Shown: positions 1 through 10,188, counted from the stretch's first letter. The stretch is 64,000 nucleotides of DNA from Deltaproteobacteria bacterium (GCA_016183235.1 JACPFA010000025.1:4709-68708), one strand, 5' to 3'. A program made the numbers and translations. Notes: a model not told the origin generated them from the letters alone.

Positions 1-85
1 TTTCTGCTGCTTTAAGTAAAGTATCAATACGCTGAATTAAATCAGGAGACGAAGCTTCTGGTTTTTCTAGCTTTTTCCTACCCAT
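1..85 (-). CDS. partial CDS (N-terminus only, runs off the window); possibly sigma factor RpoD by operon context
   Basis: ATG at 85-83 opens the frame MGRKKLEKPEASSPDLIQRIDTLLKAAE..., which reaches position 1 and overlaps the dnaG stop by 19 nt. Identity is inferred only from the conserved rpsU-dnaG-rpoD order. Confidence 0.3.
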   Translation of the reverse strand, partial: MGRKKLEKPEASSPDLIQRIDTLLKAAE

Positions 86-1806
86 ACTTTGCTTTTTGTT
101 TCCTTTTGTAGCGATGACAGCTCCTTAATTTTTGTTTGAAGTAATACCAATTCTTCTTGAGCTTGATGATTTTGGCTCAAGTGTTTAAAGTTTTTAAGTT
201 CCCGTTGTAAGGATTTTAATTTTAATTTTTGTAGTGCCTCTTTAAAATATTCTTTTGCGGTTTCGTGATCGAGAGAATCATCGGCTAACATCAAACTTGA
301 GATTTTGGTTACCAGTTCAGGTGAAAGACGATTTCCTTCTGTATTTAACAAACTTTGATAAATCTCTAACGCTTCAACAGTTATAAAATCTCCACTCGAG
401 ATTTTTTCCATCATTTCTTGGTGAAGTTCAGGAAAGCCGAGCCATAACTTTAAAATGGCTCTTTCCTCAACTGAAAAATTCATAAGCGGATGATTTTTTT
501 GAGGCATTTTTACTTCTTGCCAAGGTGTCGATTTTTGATTTTGCAATAACCAGCCTTGCGGCACCTCAAGTGCCTCGGCAATTTTTCTTAAGTAAAGATT
601 TTTTACAAAAGGGTCAGCAATCGATCGCACCAACGATTGTAAAAATTGCGCTGCCTTTCCCTTTTTTTGAAAATCTTCACCGCACTGAGCAGCGTTTCTA
701 TCGATTAGGTCATCCAAAAGGTTGCGCCTTTCCTCTAACTTTTTTTCCAAAGCTATTTTGCCAAATCGCTTGAGAAAAGAATCAGGGTCTTCCCCAGGCG
801 GGAATTCAATAAAAGCTGGGTAAATTCCAACACTTAACAATATAGGCAAAGCCTTTAGCCTGGCCTGGGTTCCGGCATTGTCCCCATCAAAGGCTAGCAC
901 CACGTCGGAGCATTGTTTTTTAAGCAACCCCGCATGGTTTTTGGTAAAGGCCGTACCCAAAGGTGCCATAGCATTTTTGAACCCGGCTTGGTGCAAACTG
1001 ATCACATCAAAATAACCTTCCACCATCATAGCAACGCCGCGGATTTTGATTTCGGGTTTAGCTAAATCTAGTCCGTAAAAGAGGCTGCCTTTATGAAAAA
1101 TGTCCGATTCTGGGCTATTGAGATATTTAGGCCCCGAGTCTTTGGCACCCAGTAAACGGCCACCTAAGCCCACCACTTTGTGATCCCAACGAAAAATGGG
1201 GAAGATTAAACGCCCGCGAAAAAATTCAACGTAACTACCACTTCTTTCTAAAAACAAAGATCCCAAGTGGATTTGTTCTTGAGAAAAGCCTTTGGTTTGT
1301 AAGTAATGAAATAAGCCCGATTGAGTGGGTGGGGCATAACCTAAGGCAAATTCTTTGATCGTAACAGGTGAAATTTTACGCTCTTGCAAGTAAACCTTGG
1401 CTGGATTCTGTTCGTCGGCCTTCATTAGCAAACAATGGTAATACCAAGCTGCGTATTTAAAGAGTTTCAAGAGCAGGTCTTTTTGCTCTTTTTGTTTGGG
1501 GTCGGTTTTGAGATCTTGGTGATTAAATGGTAACCCCGCACGTTCAGCCAGGTGGGCCACGGCTTCGGGGAACGACAAATTTTCTAGTTTCATTAGAAAA
1601 TTAAATAGATCGCCGCCGGCATGACAACCAAAACAATGAAAAATGCCTTTGTCGGGGCTTACGGTAAACGAAGGGGTTTTTTCGGGGTGAAAAGGGCAGA
1701 GGCCTTTTAAATATTTGCCGGCTTTTTTTAAAGCGACCGTTTCACCCACAAATTCTTCGATGGGGATCTGATTTTGAATTTGAGTTAAAAGTTGGTCGTT
1801 AAACAT
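67..1806 (-). CDS. dnaG: DNA primase
   Basis: 579-aa ORF with CHC2 zinc finger (CPFHPEKTPSF..FHCFGCHAGGD) and Toprim-type motifs (EGYFDVISL, AFDGDNAG). Lies downstream of rpsU-yqeY. Confidence 0.95.
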   Translation of the reverse strand: MFNDQLLTQIQNQIPIEEFVGETVALKKAGKYLKGLCPFHPEKTPSFTVSPDKGIFHCFGCHAGGDLFNFLMKLENLSFPEAVAHLAERAGLPFNHQDLKTDPKQKEQKDLLLKLFKYAAWYYHCLLMKADEQNPAKVYLQERKISPVTIKEFALGYAPPTQSGLFHYLQTKGFSQEQIHLGSLFLERSGSYVEFFRGRLIFPIFRWDHKVVGLGGRLLGAKDSGPKYLNSPESDIFHKGSLFYGLDLAKPEIKIRGVAMMVEGYFDVISLHQAGFKNAMAPLGTAFTKNHAGLLKKQCSDVVLAFDGDNAGTQARLKALPILLSVGIYPAFIEFPPGEDPDSFLKRFGKIALEKKLEERRNLLDDLIDRNAAQCGEDFQKKGKAAQFLQSLVRSIADPFVKNLYLRKIAEALEVPQGWLLQNQKSTPWQEVKMPQKNHPLMNFSVEERAILKLWLGFPELHQEMMEKISSGDFITVEALEIYQSLLNTEGNRLSPELVTKISSLMLADDSLDHETAKEYFKEALQKLKLKSLQRELKNFKHLSQNHQAQEELVLLQTKIKELSSLQKETKSKVWVGKS

Positions 1807-1817
1807 AATTTATAGTA

Positions 1818-1880
1818 TGGATTCCGGCTCGAGGGCCGGAATGACGGTGGTCCGTCATCCCGGGCTTGACCCGGGATCCA
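1818..1880. repeat. SPE type B inverted doublet (heads facing inward)
   Basis: GGATTCCGGCTCGAGGGCCGGAATGACGG tggt CCGTCATCCCGGGCTTGACCCGGGATCC. Related copies at 17413, 32568, 51751, 53847 and 60683. Confidence 0.85.
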
Positions 1881-1924
1881 GAAAAGATAGGTTAAATTGA
1901 AATGGATTGTCAATAAGCCTTAAC

Positions 1925-2371
1925 TTACGAGCCAAGAATCTTCTTCACTAAATCACTCACCAGCTTACCTTCAGCACGGCCGGCAATCTTACCCATAGCG
2001 GTTTTGATGGCTTTGCCCATGTCACTTAAACTTTTGGCTTGAACTTCTGCAATGGCCTGGCGAACCAGGTTTTCTACTTCGGTAGGGTCTAAAGCTTTGG
2101 GGAGGAACTGACTAATAATTTTAATTTCGGCACCTTCTTTATCGGCTAATTCTTTTCGCCCCCCTTGTATAAATTGCTCAATAGATTCTTTGCGTTGTTT
2201 AATGAGGGTATTTAAGATCTTAAAACCTTCATCGTCGTTTAACTCGCGCATAAGTTCGATTTGTTTATTTTTGAGGGCCGACTTCATCATGCGAAAGGTT
2301 TGAAGCGATAAAGCATCTTTTGCCTTCATGGCGTTCTTCAGGGCTTCTTCTACACGGGTGAGTAGAGACAT
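1925..2371 (-). CDS. yqeY: GatB/YqeY domain protein
   Basis: 148 aa. N-terminus MSLLTRVEEALKNAMKAKD and overall pattern are typical of YqeY. Sits between rpsU and dnaG as in many bacteria. Confidence 0.85.
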   Translation of the reverse strand: MSLLTRVEEALKNAMKAKDALSLQTFRMMKSALKNKQIELMRELNDDEGFKILNTLIKQRKESIEQFIQGGRKELADKEGAEIKIISQFLPKALDPTEVENLVRQAIAEVQAKSLSDMGKAIKTAMGKIAGRAEGKLVSDLVKKILGS

Positions 2372-2377
2372 GGTTTT

Positions 2378-2581
2378 TTACCAATAAGTTTTACGGGGGA
2401 AATTCTTTTTTAAGGCGCGTTTACGGGCAGCCAGCGACTTTTTCTTTTTGGCTACACTGGGTTTTTCATAATGCTCTCGTTTGCGCAATTCAGAAAGAAT
2501 CCCAGCTTTTTCACATTGCTTTTTAAATTTGCGGACGGCGATCTCGAAAGAATCACCTTCTCTAATTCTAATACCAGGCAA
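2378..2581 (-). CDS. rpsU: 30S ribosomal protein S21
   Basis: 67 aa, [42 protein letters not shown] is a canonical S21 sequence. Confidence 0.95.
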   Translation of the reverse strand: MPGIRIREGDSFEIAVRKFKKQCEKAGILSELRKREHYEKPSVAKKKKSLAARKRALKKNFPRKTYW

Positions 2582-2667
2582 AACAAAACCTCCTTATTAT
2601 AAAGGCGAAGGTTGACCTATTCCTTTCCCTAGGCACAAGTCAACCGAAAATTGCCAAGTTAGCAATC

Positions 2668-3678
2668 TTACTTTGGTTTATAGACAGATTCTACTAAGGC
2701 AAGATGCATTCTCCCGCCTTGAAAAAAGGCCTTGGGTCGGGTGGGATTGGCGCTTAAGCCCTGCTCGACGTGGCCTATATTAAGTTGATTGGAAGTATCA
2801 ATTAACTCTCGAGTGATGGCGGGTTCTTTGGCTTCAATTTTTCGAATTAGATCCGTCGTGCCAAGTCTGATCATAAAGGCTTGTTCAGATTCAGCGGGCG
2901 ACTTTTCTGTAAAAGTAAAAAAGGCCTCTCTTGCTTTGGATTCGTCTAACTCATAAATTTCACAAAATCTCTTAATAGTTTGATTTAATAAATCATGAAA
3001 AAACCTTAAAGGAACTCTTGATTGTTTTACATTCATAATAAAAGCCGCGAGCACAAGATAGCCAATATATTCTTTAATATTTCGGTGATAAGTCGTTGCT
3101 GCAGTATTGATAACCGAAAGCCCTGTGGCATTGTAGATTAATGGGTTGTAGAGTGGAATATGGAGTGCTTTGCCAATTTGTTTGAATAGCTCCGCTTCAG
3201 CTTCGGGGGCCATTTGATCTTTACCATAGCCTTCAATGAAAAAAACCCAACTATCGGGATTTGACGCAATGGCGAGTTCAAGACCATTTTGTAAATAGAG
3301 CTGAGAGAATTTAGGACCGCAACCATGGGCTCCACCTAGAAAATAAGCCTTGGCTTTTTTGATTTCCTGATAAATAAAATCTCGGGTGCATTGTTGGGCC
3401 CGATTATCATCTAGGCCCAGCCTAACAAAAAATTTTCGTTGGGCTTGAGTGAGATAATCTTGAATTACGGTCTCGGTTAATTTTTTTTTGTCTGCGGGGA
3501 GTTTGCCAAATTGGGTTTCAACATATTGACGTTCGGTTTGGGTTAATTTTTTATCATATTGGACTTTGCCATTTTCTCCGTAGGCTGCACCGACGTAGTC
3601 TTGGAGTGCGGCAATTCGGTCAGTTACTGAGCATTGGGCGCTATTGATACAATGATATTGATAAGACAAATCGTTCAT
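2668..3678 (-). CDS. hypothetical protein (336 aa, no signal peptide, no recognisable motif)
   Basis: Long clean ORF. The only overlapping ORF (3138..3335) is short and in another frame of the same strand. No family recognised by eye. Confidence 0.6.
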   Translation of the reverse strand: MNDLSYQYHCINSAQCSVTDRIAALQDYVGAAYGENGKVQYDKKLTQTERQYVETQFGKLPADKKKLTETVIQDYLTQAQRKFFVRLGLDDNRAQQCTRDFIYQEIKKAKAYFLGGAHGCGPKFSQLYLQNGLELAIASNPDSWVFFIEGYGKDQMAPEAEAELFKQIGKALHIPLYNPLIYNATGLSVINTAATTYHRNIKEYIGYLVLAAFIMNVKQSRVPLRFFHDLLNQTIKRFCEIYELDESKAREAFFTFTEKSPAESEQAFMIRLGTTDLIRKIEAKEPAITRELIDTSNQLNIGHVEQGLSANPTRPKAFFQGGRMHLALVESVYKPK

Positions 3679-3738
3679 TATTCAGCCTGTTGACAGTTTA
3701 TCGCCTGAATGGGGCTTTGGTTGTGGAAAATTTGGTGG

Positions 3739-4086
3739 TTAGCCCACCAACGACGGGCCTAATTGGCGGCCACCTAAGAGATGAAGGTGAAGGTGATAAA
3801 CACTTTGCCCACCTTCTTGTTCGGTGTTGAGGGCTAAGCGATAGCCCTTTTCTTTTAAGCCCTGCTCCCAGGCAAGTTTTCGGGCTACTTCGGCCATAAT
3901 TCCCAGCAAATGGATTTCATCGGCAGGGACTTCATTAAGAGAGCGGTAATGTTTTTTGGGGATGATGAGGATATGAACCGGGGCCATGGGGGAAATATCT
4001 TTGAAGGCGAAGAGCGAGTCATCTTCGTAAACTTTCTGCGAAGGAATTTCGCCTTTAGCGATTTTACAGAATAGACAATCTTGCAT
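3739..4086 (-). CDS. HIT family (histidine triad) nucleotide hydrolase
   Basis: 115 aa with CLFCKI N-terminus and histidine triad HLHLHLLGG. Confidence 0.9.
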   Translation of the reverse strand: MQDCLFCKIAKGEIPSQKVYEDDSLFAFKDISPMAPVHILIIPKKHYRSLNEVPADEIHLLGIMAEVARKLAWEQGLKEKGYRLALNTEQEGGQSVYHLHLHLLGGRQLGPSLVG

Positions 4087-4096
4087 GTTATTAAGA

Positions 4097-4173
4097 TGTC
4101 ATTGCGAGCGCAAGCGAAGCAATCTTCTTTTTTATAATATTAAAGATTGCTTCGGCTTTGCCTCGCAATGACA
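4097..4173. repeat. SPE type A inverted doublet (REPIN-like)
   Basis: TGTCATTGCGAGCGCAAGCGAAGCAATCTTC..loop..AAGATTGCTTCGGCTTTGCCTCGCAATGACA. Fills the HIT-hisI gap. Confidence 0.9.
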
Positions 4174-4174
4174 A

Positions 4175-4564
4175 CTATTTATAGACTTTTTCTGCATCAA
4201 AAATCTTTTGCCCTACAATCTTGGTTTCGCCATCTTCGATCTTACGAAAAAAACAACTGCGATAGCCTTCGTGACAGGCCGCTACTTTTTGATCGACTTT
4301 AATCAATAAACAATCGGCATCACAATCATAATACATGGCTTTGACCACCTGTTGATGACCCGAGGATTCACCTTTGATCCACAATTTATTGCGCGAACGC
4401 GACCAATAAGTGGCGTGCCCCGTTTCAAGGGTTTTTTGTAGTGAAGTAGGGTTCATATAGGCAAACATCAAGACATCGTTGTTTTGATAATCTTGCACAA
4501 TGCAACCTAGTAACCCTTTGTCATCAAATTTAATTTGCGAAATAATTTTATCGAATTTGTTCAT
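4175..4564 (-). CDS. hisI: phosphoribosyl-AMP cyclohydrolase
   Basis: 129 aa with motifs YWSRSRNKLWIKGESSGH and DCDADCLLIKV..AACHEGYRSCF. Monofunctional length. Confidence 0.9.
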   Translation of the reverse strand: MNKFDKIISQIKFDDKGLLGCIVQDYQNNDVLMFAYMNPTSLQKTLETGHATYWSRSRNKLWIKGESSGHQQVVKAMYYDCDADCLLIKVDQKVAACHEGYRSCFFRKIEDGETKIVGQKIFDAEKVYK

Positions 4565-4587
4565 AAAAAATTTCCATAAGCTATCTG

Positions 4588-4718
4588 AGACGAACGGGTG
4601 ACTCAGGGTTTTGGGGGCCCAGTACCGATGGGTCCTTCGCTTCGCTCAGGATAAACTCCGTCCTGCCTTGCAGACGAGCACTGCTGGGGGAAGACCCGGG
4701 GCTCACGCCCGTTCGTCT
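4588..4718. repeat. 131-bp long imperfect palindrome with an embedded type C-like segment
   Basis: Left arm AGACGAACGGGTGACTCAGGG.. pairs with right arm ..CCCGGGGCTCACGCCCGTTCGTCT. The centre carries CCTTCGCTTCGCTCAGGATAAACTCCG. The right end overlaps the hisF stop codon by 2 nt. Confidence 0.8.
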
Positions 4719-5472
4719 ATGTTCTAATTGGGACATCATGTTCCTTTAAGTATTTTTTTACGTCGGCAATGGAATATTGTCCATAATGGAAAATAGATGC
4801 AGCTAGTGCTGCTTGCGCATTGCCCGTGGTTAAACCTTCGTAAATGTGTTCGCAAGTGCCAACGCCACCCGAGGCCACCACCGGGATGCTTAGCAGGCCA
4901 GTGATTTTTTGCAAGAGTGGAATGTCATAGCCTTGCAAAGTTCCATCTTGGTCCATGCTAGTCAGCAAAATTTCTCCAGCGCCTAGCCGTTCCATTTTTT
5001 GTGCCCATTCTAGGGCATCTAGCCCAGTGGCTTTGCGCCCACCATGGGTAAAAACTTCCCAATGATCATCTGAGCGTTTGGCATCAATGGCCACCACAAT
5101 GGTTGACGAACCAAATTGATTAGCCGCATCAGCTACAAAGTTGGGATTAAGCACCGCTGTGGTATTGATCGATACTTTATCAGCGCCGGCATGCAATAAT
5201 TTGCGGATATCTTCTAAAGTTTGAATGCCACCGCCAACGGTGAGGGGCATGAACACTTGCGCGGCGGTTTTTTCAACCACATCTAAAATAATCGCCCTTT
5301 TTTCATGGCTAGCCGTGATGTCGAGAAAAACTAATTCATCGGCCCCTTGGCGATCGTATTCTTTCGCAATTTCAACCGGGTCACCTGCATCGCGCAAGTT
5401 GACAAACTTAGTGCCCTTGACCACACGACCTTCTTTAACATCAAGACAGGGAATAATACGTTTAGCGAGCAT
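4717..5472 (-). CDS. hisF: imidazole glycerol phosphate synthase, cyclase subunit
   Basis: 251 aa, [20 protein letters not shown].. and [11 protein letters not shown] are canonical HisF. In the his cluster. Confidence 0.95.
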   Translation of the reverse strand: MLAKRIIPCLDVKEGRVVKGTKFVNLRDAGDPVEIAKEYDRQGADELVFLDITASHEKRAIILDVVEKTAAQVFMPLTVGGGIQTLEDIRKLLHAGADKVSINTTAVLNPNFVADAANQFGSSTIVVAIDAKRSDDHWEVFTHGGRKATGLDALEWAQKMERLGAGEILLTSMDQDGTLQGYDIPLLQKITGLLSIPVVASGGVGTCEHIYEGLTTGNAQAALAASIFHYGQYSIADVKKYLKEHDVPIRT

Positions 5473-6190
5473 AGTGGAGTGCTTCCTTTAAATCGATCTT
5501 CCCTTCATACAGCGCCTTGCCTACAATCACTCCATCTAAGTTAGAATACTCTTCTACTAGTTCAGCTAAGATCTTAATGTCATCGAGTGAACTAACCCCG
5601 CCCGAAACCACCACCGCGGTAGGCGCAATCTCGAGAAAATGTTTAATCCCTTCGGTTTGTAAACCACTTAACATGCCATCCCGCTCAATTTCGGTATGGA
5701 TCAGCCAGGCTAACCCAACTTCTGGGATATTTTTCAAAAATGCTTCGATTTTGATCGATGAAGTTTTTGTCCAACCATCCGTAGCGAGGTAACCTTTTTT
5801 GGTATCAAGGCCCAAACTAATGTGATCAGGAAAATTTTCGACAGCTTCTTTTAAGAACGCAGGGTTTTTAACGGCTGCGGTGCCTAAGACTACCGATTTA
5901 ATTCCTAAATTAATATAAGTTTCTACTGTTTTTAAATCACGAACGCCACCCCCCACTTGCACATTGACTTTGTTTTGCTTGGCAATCTTTTCGATCAAAG
6001 CAAGATTGGTTGGGGTACCGGTCAGCGCGGCATCGAGATCCACCACATGCAACCAAGTCGCCCCCGCCGCCACCCATTTTTGGGCCATGGCCATAGGGTC
6101 AAACCCATATTGTTTTTCTTGGGCATAATCGCCTTGACGTAAACGCACCACTCGCCCTTGGCGAATATCAATGGCGGGAAATAAAATCAT
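5462..6190 (-). CDS. hisA: ProFAR isomerase
   Basis: 242 aa, [22 protein letters not shown].. is canonical HisA. Overlaps the hisF start by 11 nt. Confidence 0.95.
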   Translation of the reverse strand: MILFPAIDIRQGRVVRLRQGDYAQEKQYGFDPMAMAQKWVAAGATWLHVVDLDAALTGTPTNLALIEKIAKQNKVNVQVGGGVRDLKTVETYINLGIKSVVLGTAAVKNPAFLKEAVENFPDHISLGLDTKKGYLATDGWTKTSSIKIEAFLKNIPEVGLAWLIHTEIERDGMLSGLQTEGIKHFLEIAPTAVVVSGGVSSLDDIKILAELVEEYSNLDGVIVGKALYEGKIDLKEALHYAR

Positions 6191-6194
6191 AAAG

Positions 6195-6803
6195 TTAGGT
6201 CAATTCACAAAAATTTTGTAAAATTTTCAACCCAATACTTTGGGATTTTTCGGGGTGAAATTGGGTAGCGAAAATATTTTCCCATTCTAAGGCCGCTGCA
6301 AAATTAACCCCATAATCGGTGGTGGCTGCTAAAATATTTGGATTTTTGGGTTCTACATAAAAACTATGCACGAAATAAACATAGGCTTCATTGGGAATGC
6401 CTTGAAATAAACGGGTATCTTCTGCGATTTTAAGTTGGTTCCAACCCATGTGGGGAACTTTTAATTGTGGGCTTTTATCAAAAGGGATCGCTTCGCCTTC
6501 AAAAATTCCTAAACCTTCATATTTGCCAAATTCTAAACTGTAACTCATGAGAATTTGCATGCCTAAGCAAATACCCAAATAGGGTTTGCCCGAACGAATA
6601 AATTCACGAATGGGTTCAAGCAGGCCATAATTTTGCAAATTTTTCATGCAGTCGCCAAAGGCCCCCACCCCTGGCACCACGAGTTTGTCGGCTTGGCGAA
6701 TTTTTTCAGGGCTTCGGCAAACCTCAACCTTGGCGCCCACTTTAGTAAGCGCCTTAGAAACGCTATTCAAATTTCCCATATCGTAATCAACGACAATAAT
6801 CAT
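6195..6803 (-). CDS. hisH: imidazole glycerol phosphate synthase, glutaminase subunit
   Basis: 202 aa with class I amidotransferase motifs (GICLGMQ, FHPEKS). Confidence 0.95.
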   Translation of the reverse strand: MIIVVDYDMGNLNSVSKALTKVGAKVEVCRSPEKIRQADKLVVPGVGAFGDCMKNLQNYGLLEPIREFIRSGKPYLGICLGMQILMSYSLEFGKYEGLGIFEGEAIPFDKSPQLKVPHMGWNQLKIAEDTRLFQGIPNEAYVYFVHSFYVEPKNPNILAATTDYGVNFAAALEWENIFATQFHPEKSQSIGLKILQNFCELT

Positions 6804-6811
6804 ATAGAGTC

Positions 6812-6842
6812 TGTCATTCCGAGCGAGAGCGAGGAATCTTCC
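6812..6842. repeat. SPE type A variant, single half-unit
   Basis: TGTCATTCCGAGCGAGAGCGAGGAATCTTCC in the 42-bp hisH-hisB gap. Confidence 0.75.
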
Positions 6843-6845
6843 GTT

Positions 6846-7454
6846 TTATAATTTCCCCTTTACTGAGGGTAGACTCGTTGGTGCCCGCGGATCAATGCTG
6901 GTTGCATAATCGCAAGCCTTAGCAAAGGCTTTGAAAATTGATTCTACAATGTGGTGCTTGTTGCGACCGTAATTCACATTGATGTGCAAATTGATTTTGG
7001 CGGCATTGGTGAAGCCTTGAAAAAATTCCGAGGTTAATTCTACATCGAACAACCCATTACCAATCCGGCCTTTTTTCACAGGGTTTTTGTAAACCATACA
7101 AGGTCTTCCGCAAAAATCTAATGCAACGGTGGTGAGCACTTCATCCATGGGTAAGATACAAAACCCATAACGGCGAATGCCAAGTTTTTTCCCCAAGGCG
7201 GCTTCGAAGGCTTCGCCTAAGGTAATGCCCACATCTTCAACCAAATGATGAGGGTCTACTTGCACATCGCCTCGGGCTTTTAGGGTAAGATCAAACAGCC
7301 CATGGCGAGCAAAGGTCTCCAACATGTGGTTAAAAAAAGGCAAGGGCGTATTAATGGAATATCGCCCAGTACCGTCGATTTTTAGCTCGAGGGTGATTTG
7401 GGTCTCTTTCGTATTGCGTACTCTTTTAGCAGTGCGTGTTTTAATTTTGGCCAT
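6846..7454 (-). CDS. hisB: imidazoleglycerol-phosphate dehydratase
   Basis: 202 aa with IGPD motifs (HHLVEDVGI, HHIVESIFKAF). First gene of the his cluster. Confidence 0.95.
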   Translation of the reverse strand: MAKIKTRTAKRVRNTKETQITLELKIDGTGRYSINTPLPFFNHMLETFARHGLFDLTLKARGDVQVDPHHLVEDVGITLGEAFEAALGKKLGIRRYGFCILPMDEVLTTVALDFCGRPCMVYKNPVKKGRIGNGLFDVELTSEFFQGFTNAAKINLHINVNYGRNKHHIVESIFKAFAKACDYATSIDPRAPTSLPSVKGKL

Positions 7455-7603
7455 AAGATTAATAACTATAGGAAATATTTAGACTTTTGTCAACTAACCA
7501 AGGTGTCGCCAGAAATTCCATTTTCTTCTAGGGTGGGCTTTTGTTATAATTTTGAGAAGGCAAGTGAACTCAAAGCTTTAGGGTAGGTGGGGGCAATTTC
7601 AAC

Positions 7604-8716
7604 GTGGCGGTTAAAAAACTTAAATCCATCAATTTAGAGCTCGAATCGTTGCAGGCCAGGCAGCGGGCCTTGGATCGGTTTGCTTGTTTGTTGCAACTGG
7701 ATGCGAATGGTAAAATTTTAGAAGTCAATCACCGCATAGTTGAATTGTTAGGTTTTTCAGAATCCGAACTCATTCACCAAGATTTATCTTGTTTGGTTTT
7801 TAATTATTCTTCTTCAGGGTCACTGACTAAAATGTGGGCGACTTTACGCAGTGGCAAAATTTGGGCAGGGGAATTCAACGCCAAAAAGCGCGATGGTAAA
7901 AACTATTGGCTGCAAGTGACCGTAGCACCTGTGCTCGACACCGAAGGCAAAATTAAGAGTTATGTCTTAATTGGCAACGACATCATGGACCAAAAGAAAA
8001 TGGAAGAGCTGAAAGATGGTTTTATCAGTGCTGTGTCCCACGAAATTCGTACTCCACTCACCTTAATTCGGGCGGCGGTGAGTAACCTTTTAGATGGAGT
8101 CGTAGGCAGCCTGACCCCGCAACAACTCAAGGTGTTAGATATCGCGAGCCGAAGTTGTGATCGCTTAACCCGCATTATTAATGACTTGTTAGATCTTTCT
8201 AGGCTTGAGTCGGATCGGATTCGACCCAAGCTACAACGGGTTGATGTTGCTTATTTGTTGCACGAAGCCATCCAAGAATTTTACGAAGATGCCCAAAAGC
8301 AGAATATCAAATTAAAAATAAAAATTCCTGCAAGTATTTCGGATGTAGAAGCCGATTTTAATTGGATCACCCGAGTTTTAGATCACTTGGTTCACAACGC
8401 CTTACGTTTTGCTAAATCCGAGGTGGTGGTAGAGGCAAAAGATTTAGGCGAAATGATTCAAATTGGGGTGTTAGACGATGGCGTTGGAGTAGCCCCGGAG
8501 AACAAAGCAAAATTATTTGAAAAGTTTATTCAATTGGATCGCCCTGCCGGTGGGGCTGGTTATAAAGGCACGGGGCTTGGTTTGGCGATTTGTAGAGAAA
8601 TTTTAAACATGCATGAAAGTAAAATTTGGGTGGAAAGTGAACCAGGCGTTGGGGCGCGGTTTTATTTTTTATTGTCAAAGTCAAGGGAGTTGCCGGTGGT
8701 AATACCCTTTAACTAA
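7604..8716 (+). CDS. cytoplasmic PAS-domain sensor histidine kinase
   Basis: GTG start. PAS-like region (..KRDGKNYWLQVTVAPV..), H-box SHEIRTPLT, and HATPase N/G boxes (HNALRF, DDGVGV, GTGLGLAI). No TM segment. Confidence 0.9.
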   Translation: MAVKKLKSINLELESLQARQRALDRFACLLQLDANGKILEVNHRIVELLGFSESELIHQDLSCLVFNYSSSGSLTKMWATLRSGKIWAGEFNAKKRDGKNYWLQVTVAPVLDTEGKIKSYVLIGNDIMDQKKMEELKDGFISAVSHEIRTPLTLIRAAVSNLLDGVVGSLTPQQLKVLDIASRSCDRLTRIINDLLDLSRLESDRIRPKLQRVDVAYLLHEAIQEFYEDAQKQNIKLKIKIPASISDVEADFNWITRVLDHLVHNALRFAKSEVVVEAKDLGEMIQIGVLDDGVGVAPENKAKLFEKFIQLDRPAGGAGYKGTGLGLAICREILNMHESKIWVESEPGVGARFYFLLSKSRELPVVIPFN

Positions 8717-8731
8717 AATTTTACCAAGGGG

Positions 8732-9124
8732 ATGTTTATGAAAAAAGAAAGTGTATTGATTGTAGATGATGATGAAGGGATTGTTGATCTCATCAGCGAT
8801 CGGTTAGAGTTTGAGGGTTTTGAAGCCATCAAGGCCTACGATGCCAAACAAGCCTTAGCCATGATTTCTTCTAAGCAGCCCGGGGTTATGATCTTAGACC
8901 TCATTATGCCCGGCGATTCTGGCATTAAAGTGCTGCGGCAAATTAATCAAAAAGAAGAAACCGACAAACCTTCGGTGATTGCCCTTTCAGGGATTGAAGA
9001 TACCGAAGTAAAAGGTGAGGCAGTGAAATGGGGTGCCAAGGTTTTCTTTTCTAAACCCTGCGACATTAATATTTTAGTGGATCGAGTTAAAAGTTTAATG
9101 AAGGAGCGAGAACTACACCACTAA
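8732..9124 (+). CDS. single-domain response regulator (CheY-like receiver)
   Basis: 130 aa with VLIVDDDEG, phospho-acceptor region MILDLIMPG and FSKP motif. Starts 16 nt after the kinase stop. Confidence 0.9.
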   Translation: MFMKKESVLIVDDDEGIVDLISDRLEFEGFEAIKAYDAKQALAMISSKQPGVMILDLIMPGDSGIKVLRQINQKEETDKPSVIALSGIEDTEVKGEAVKWGAKVFFSKPCDINILVDRVKSLMKERELHH

Positions 9125-9127
9125 TGC

Positions 9128-9158
9128 TGTCATTGCGAGCGTTAGCGAAGCAATCTCT
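9128..9158. repeat. SPE type A single half-unit
   Basis: TGTCATTGCGAGCGTTAGCGAAGCAATCTCT between convergent stop codons. Confidence 0.8.
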
Positions 9159-9163
9159 CATTA

Positions 9164-9571
9164 TTAATGTTCATTGGGTTCTTGATGTTTAGGTTTTGGA
9201 ATATATTTTAGCCGCTGATAAGGCCCTTCGCCGTCGATCGTGAGGGTACCATCTTTATTGCGTTTAATGGCAATTTGACTTTTCCAATTTCCCAAATCAC
9301 CTTTGTGTTGGCTTAACTCCAATTTTAATTCGTTGCCATCGGGGCTGGCTTGAACAATTTTATATTGCCCTTCATGACGCGATGAAGGCAAAGGCATACC
9401 AAAGACCTCAAACTTGCCATTGGGATGAAAAACGAAATCTTTTATCACGCAAGTGACTTGTTTATCGCAACTAGTTTGATACTCCCACGCCGTGCCCTTT
9501 AGCCAATCAGCTTGGGCAAAGGCCTTCACCGAGATCAGCAGACACACCAAAGTAAAAATTACTTTTTTCAT
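9164..9571 (-). CDS. secreted hypothetical protein
   Basis: Start moved to the internal ATG (MKKVIFTLVCLLISVKAFA signal peptide, AAGGAA upstream). The ORF track extends to 9613. Confidence 0.6.
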   Translation of the reverse strand: MKKVIFTLVCLLISVKAFAQADWLKGTAWEYQTSCDKQVTCVIKDFVFHPNGKFEVFGMPLPSSRHEGQYKIVQASPDGNELKLELSQHKGDLGNWKSQIAIKRNKDGTLTIDGEGPYQRLKYIPKPKHQEPNEH

Positions 9572-9602
9572 CGTTATTCCTTTGAGGGGTTGATTTTTTG
9601 GC

Positions 9603-9914
9603 TTAACTATCAATTGCTTGATGGATCCAATCTCTAAGCGTTTCTACTTCTTGCTTGGTAATATGGCGGTGCGAGAGTTGTTTAGAAGATTTTTTTGTTT
9701 TAGAGCTTACCACGTGTTTTTTCACTACACGCATTGCAATTGGGAATTCTTTTTTCATTTTCTTTAAAAGCTTTAAGCTTTTCTTTTGCATTTTCGTTTT
9801 TCTCCAATAAAGCAGTATCGAAATAAGACTAAAGATCGTGCAATATTCCTCTTCGGGTAGTTGATGGACAGCGTAAGTCTTTTTAAGGCCAAAATCAATT
9901 TTTTCCTTAGTCAT
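9603..9914 (-). CDS. hypothetical Lys-rich small protein (doubtful)
   Basis: 103-aa ORF in an AT-rich segment with no motif. Kept only because nothing else explains the region. Confidence 0.3.
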   Translation of the reverse strand: MTKEKIDFGLKKTYAVHQLPEEEYCTIFSLISILLYWRKTKMQKKSLKLLKKMKKEFPIAMRVVKKHVVSSKTKKSSKQLSHRHITKQEVETLRDWIHQAIDS

Positions 9915-10188
9915 TTCTTACAAATTCCCTCAAACAACAATTACTACTGGCGGTGGTAACGTTTCAGGCACATATTCTGGATCAAATCGACATGGAACGT
10001 TTAATGGAAAAGAAACACGTTTTGAGTCATCAATGACTACAGGGGGTGGTAATATTAATGTGTTCTGTGAATTACAAATTCATACGACTGCAGATGGACA
10101 AATTCTCAACATAAAGACCAAGCAGGATACTCTTGGAAAATGGACGACTTCCCGTTGTACAGAAATCTTTAAGTCATTAAAAGAGTGA
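9877..10188 (+). pseudogene. start-less ORF fragment (possible gene remnant)
   Basis: Frame is open from 9877 to TGA 10186-10188 (..TTGGGNVSGTYSGSNRHGTFNGKE..ELQIHTTADGQILNIKTK..). No ATG/GTG/TTG before codon ~53. Ends just before the 52-bp direct repeat. Confidence 0.3.
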
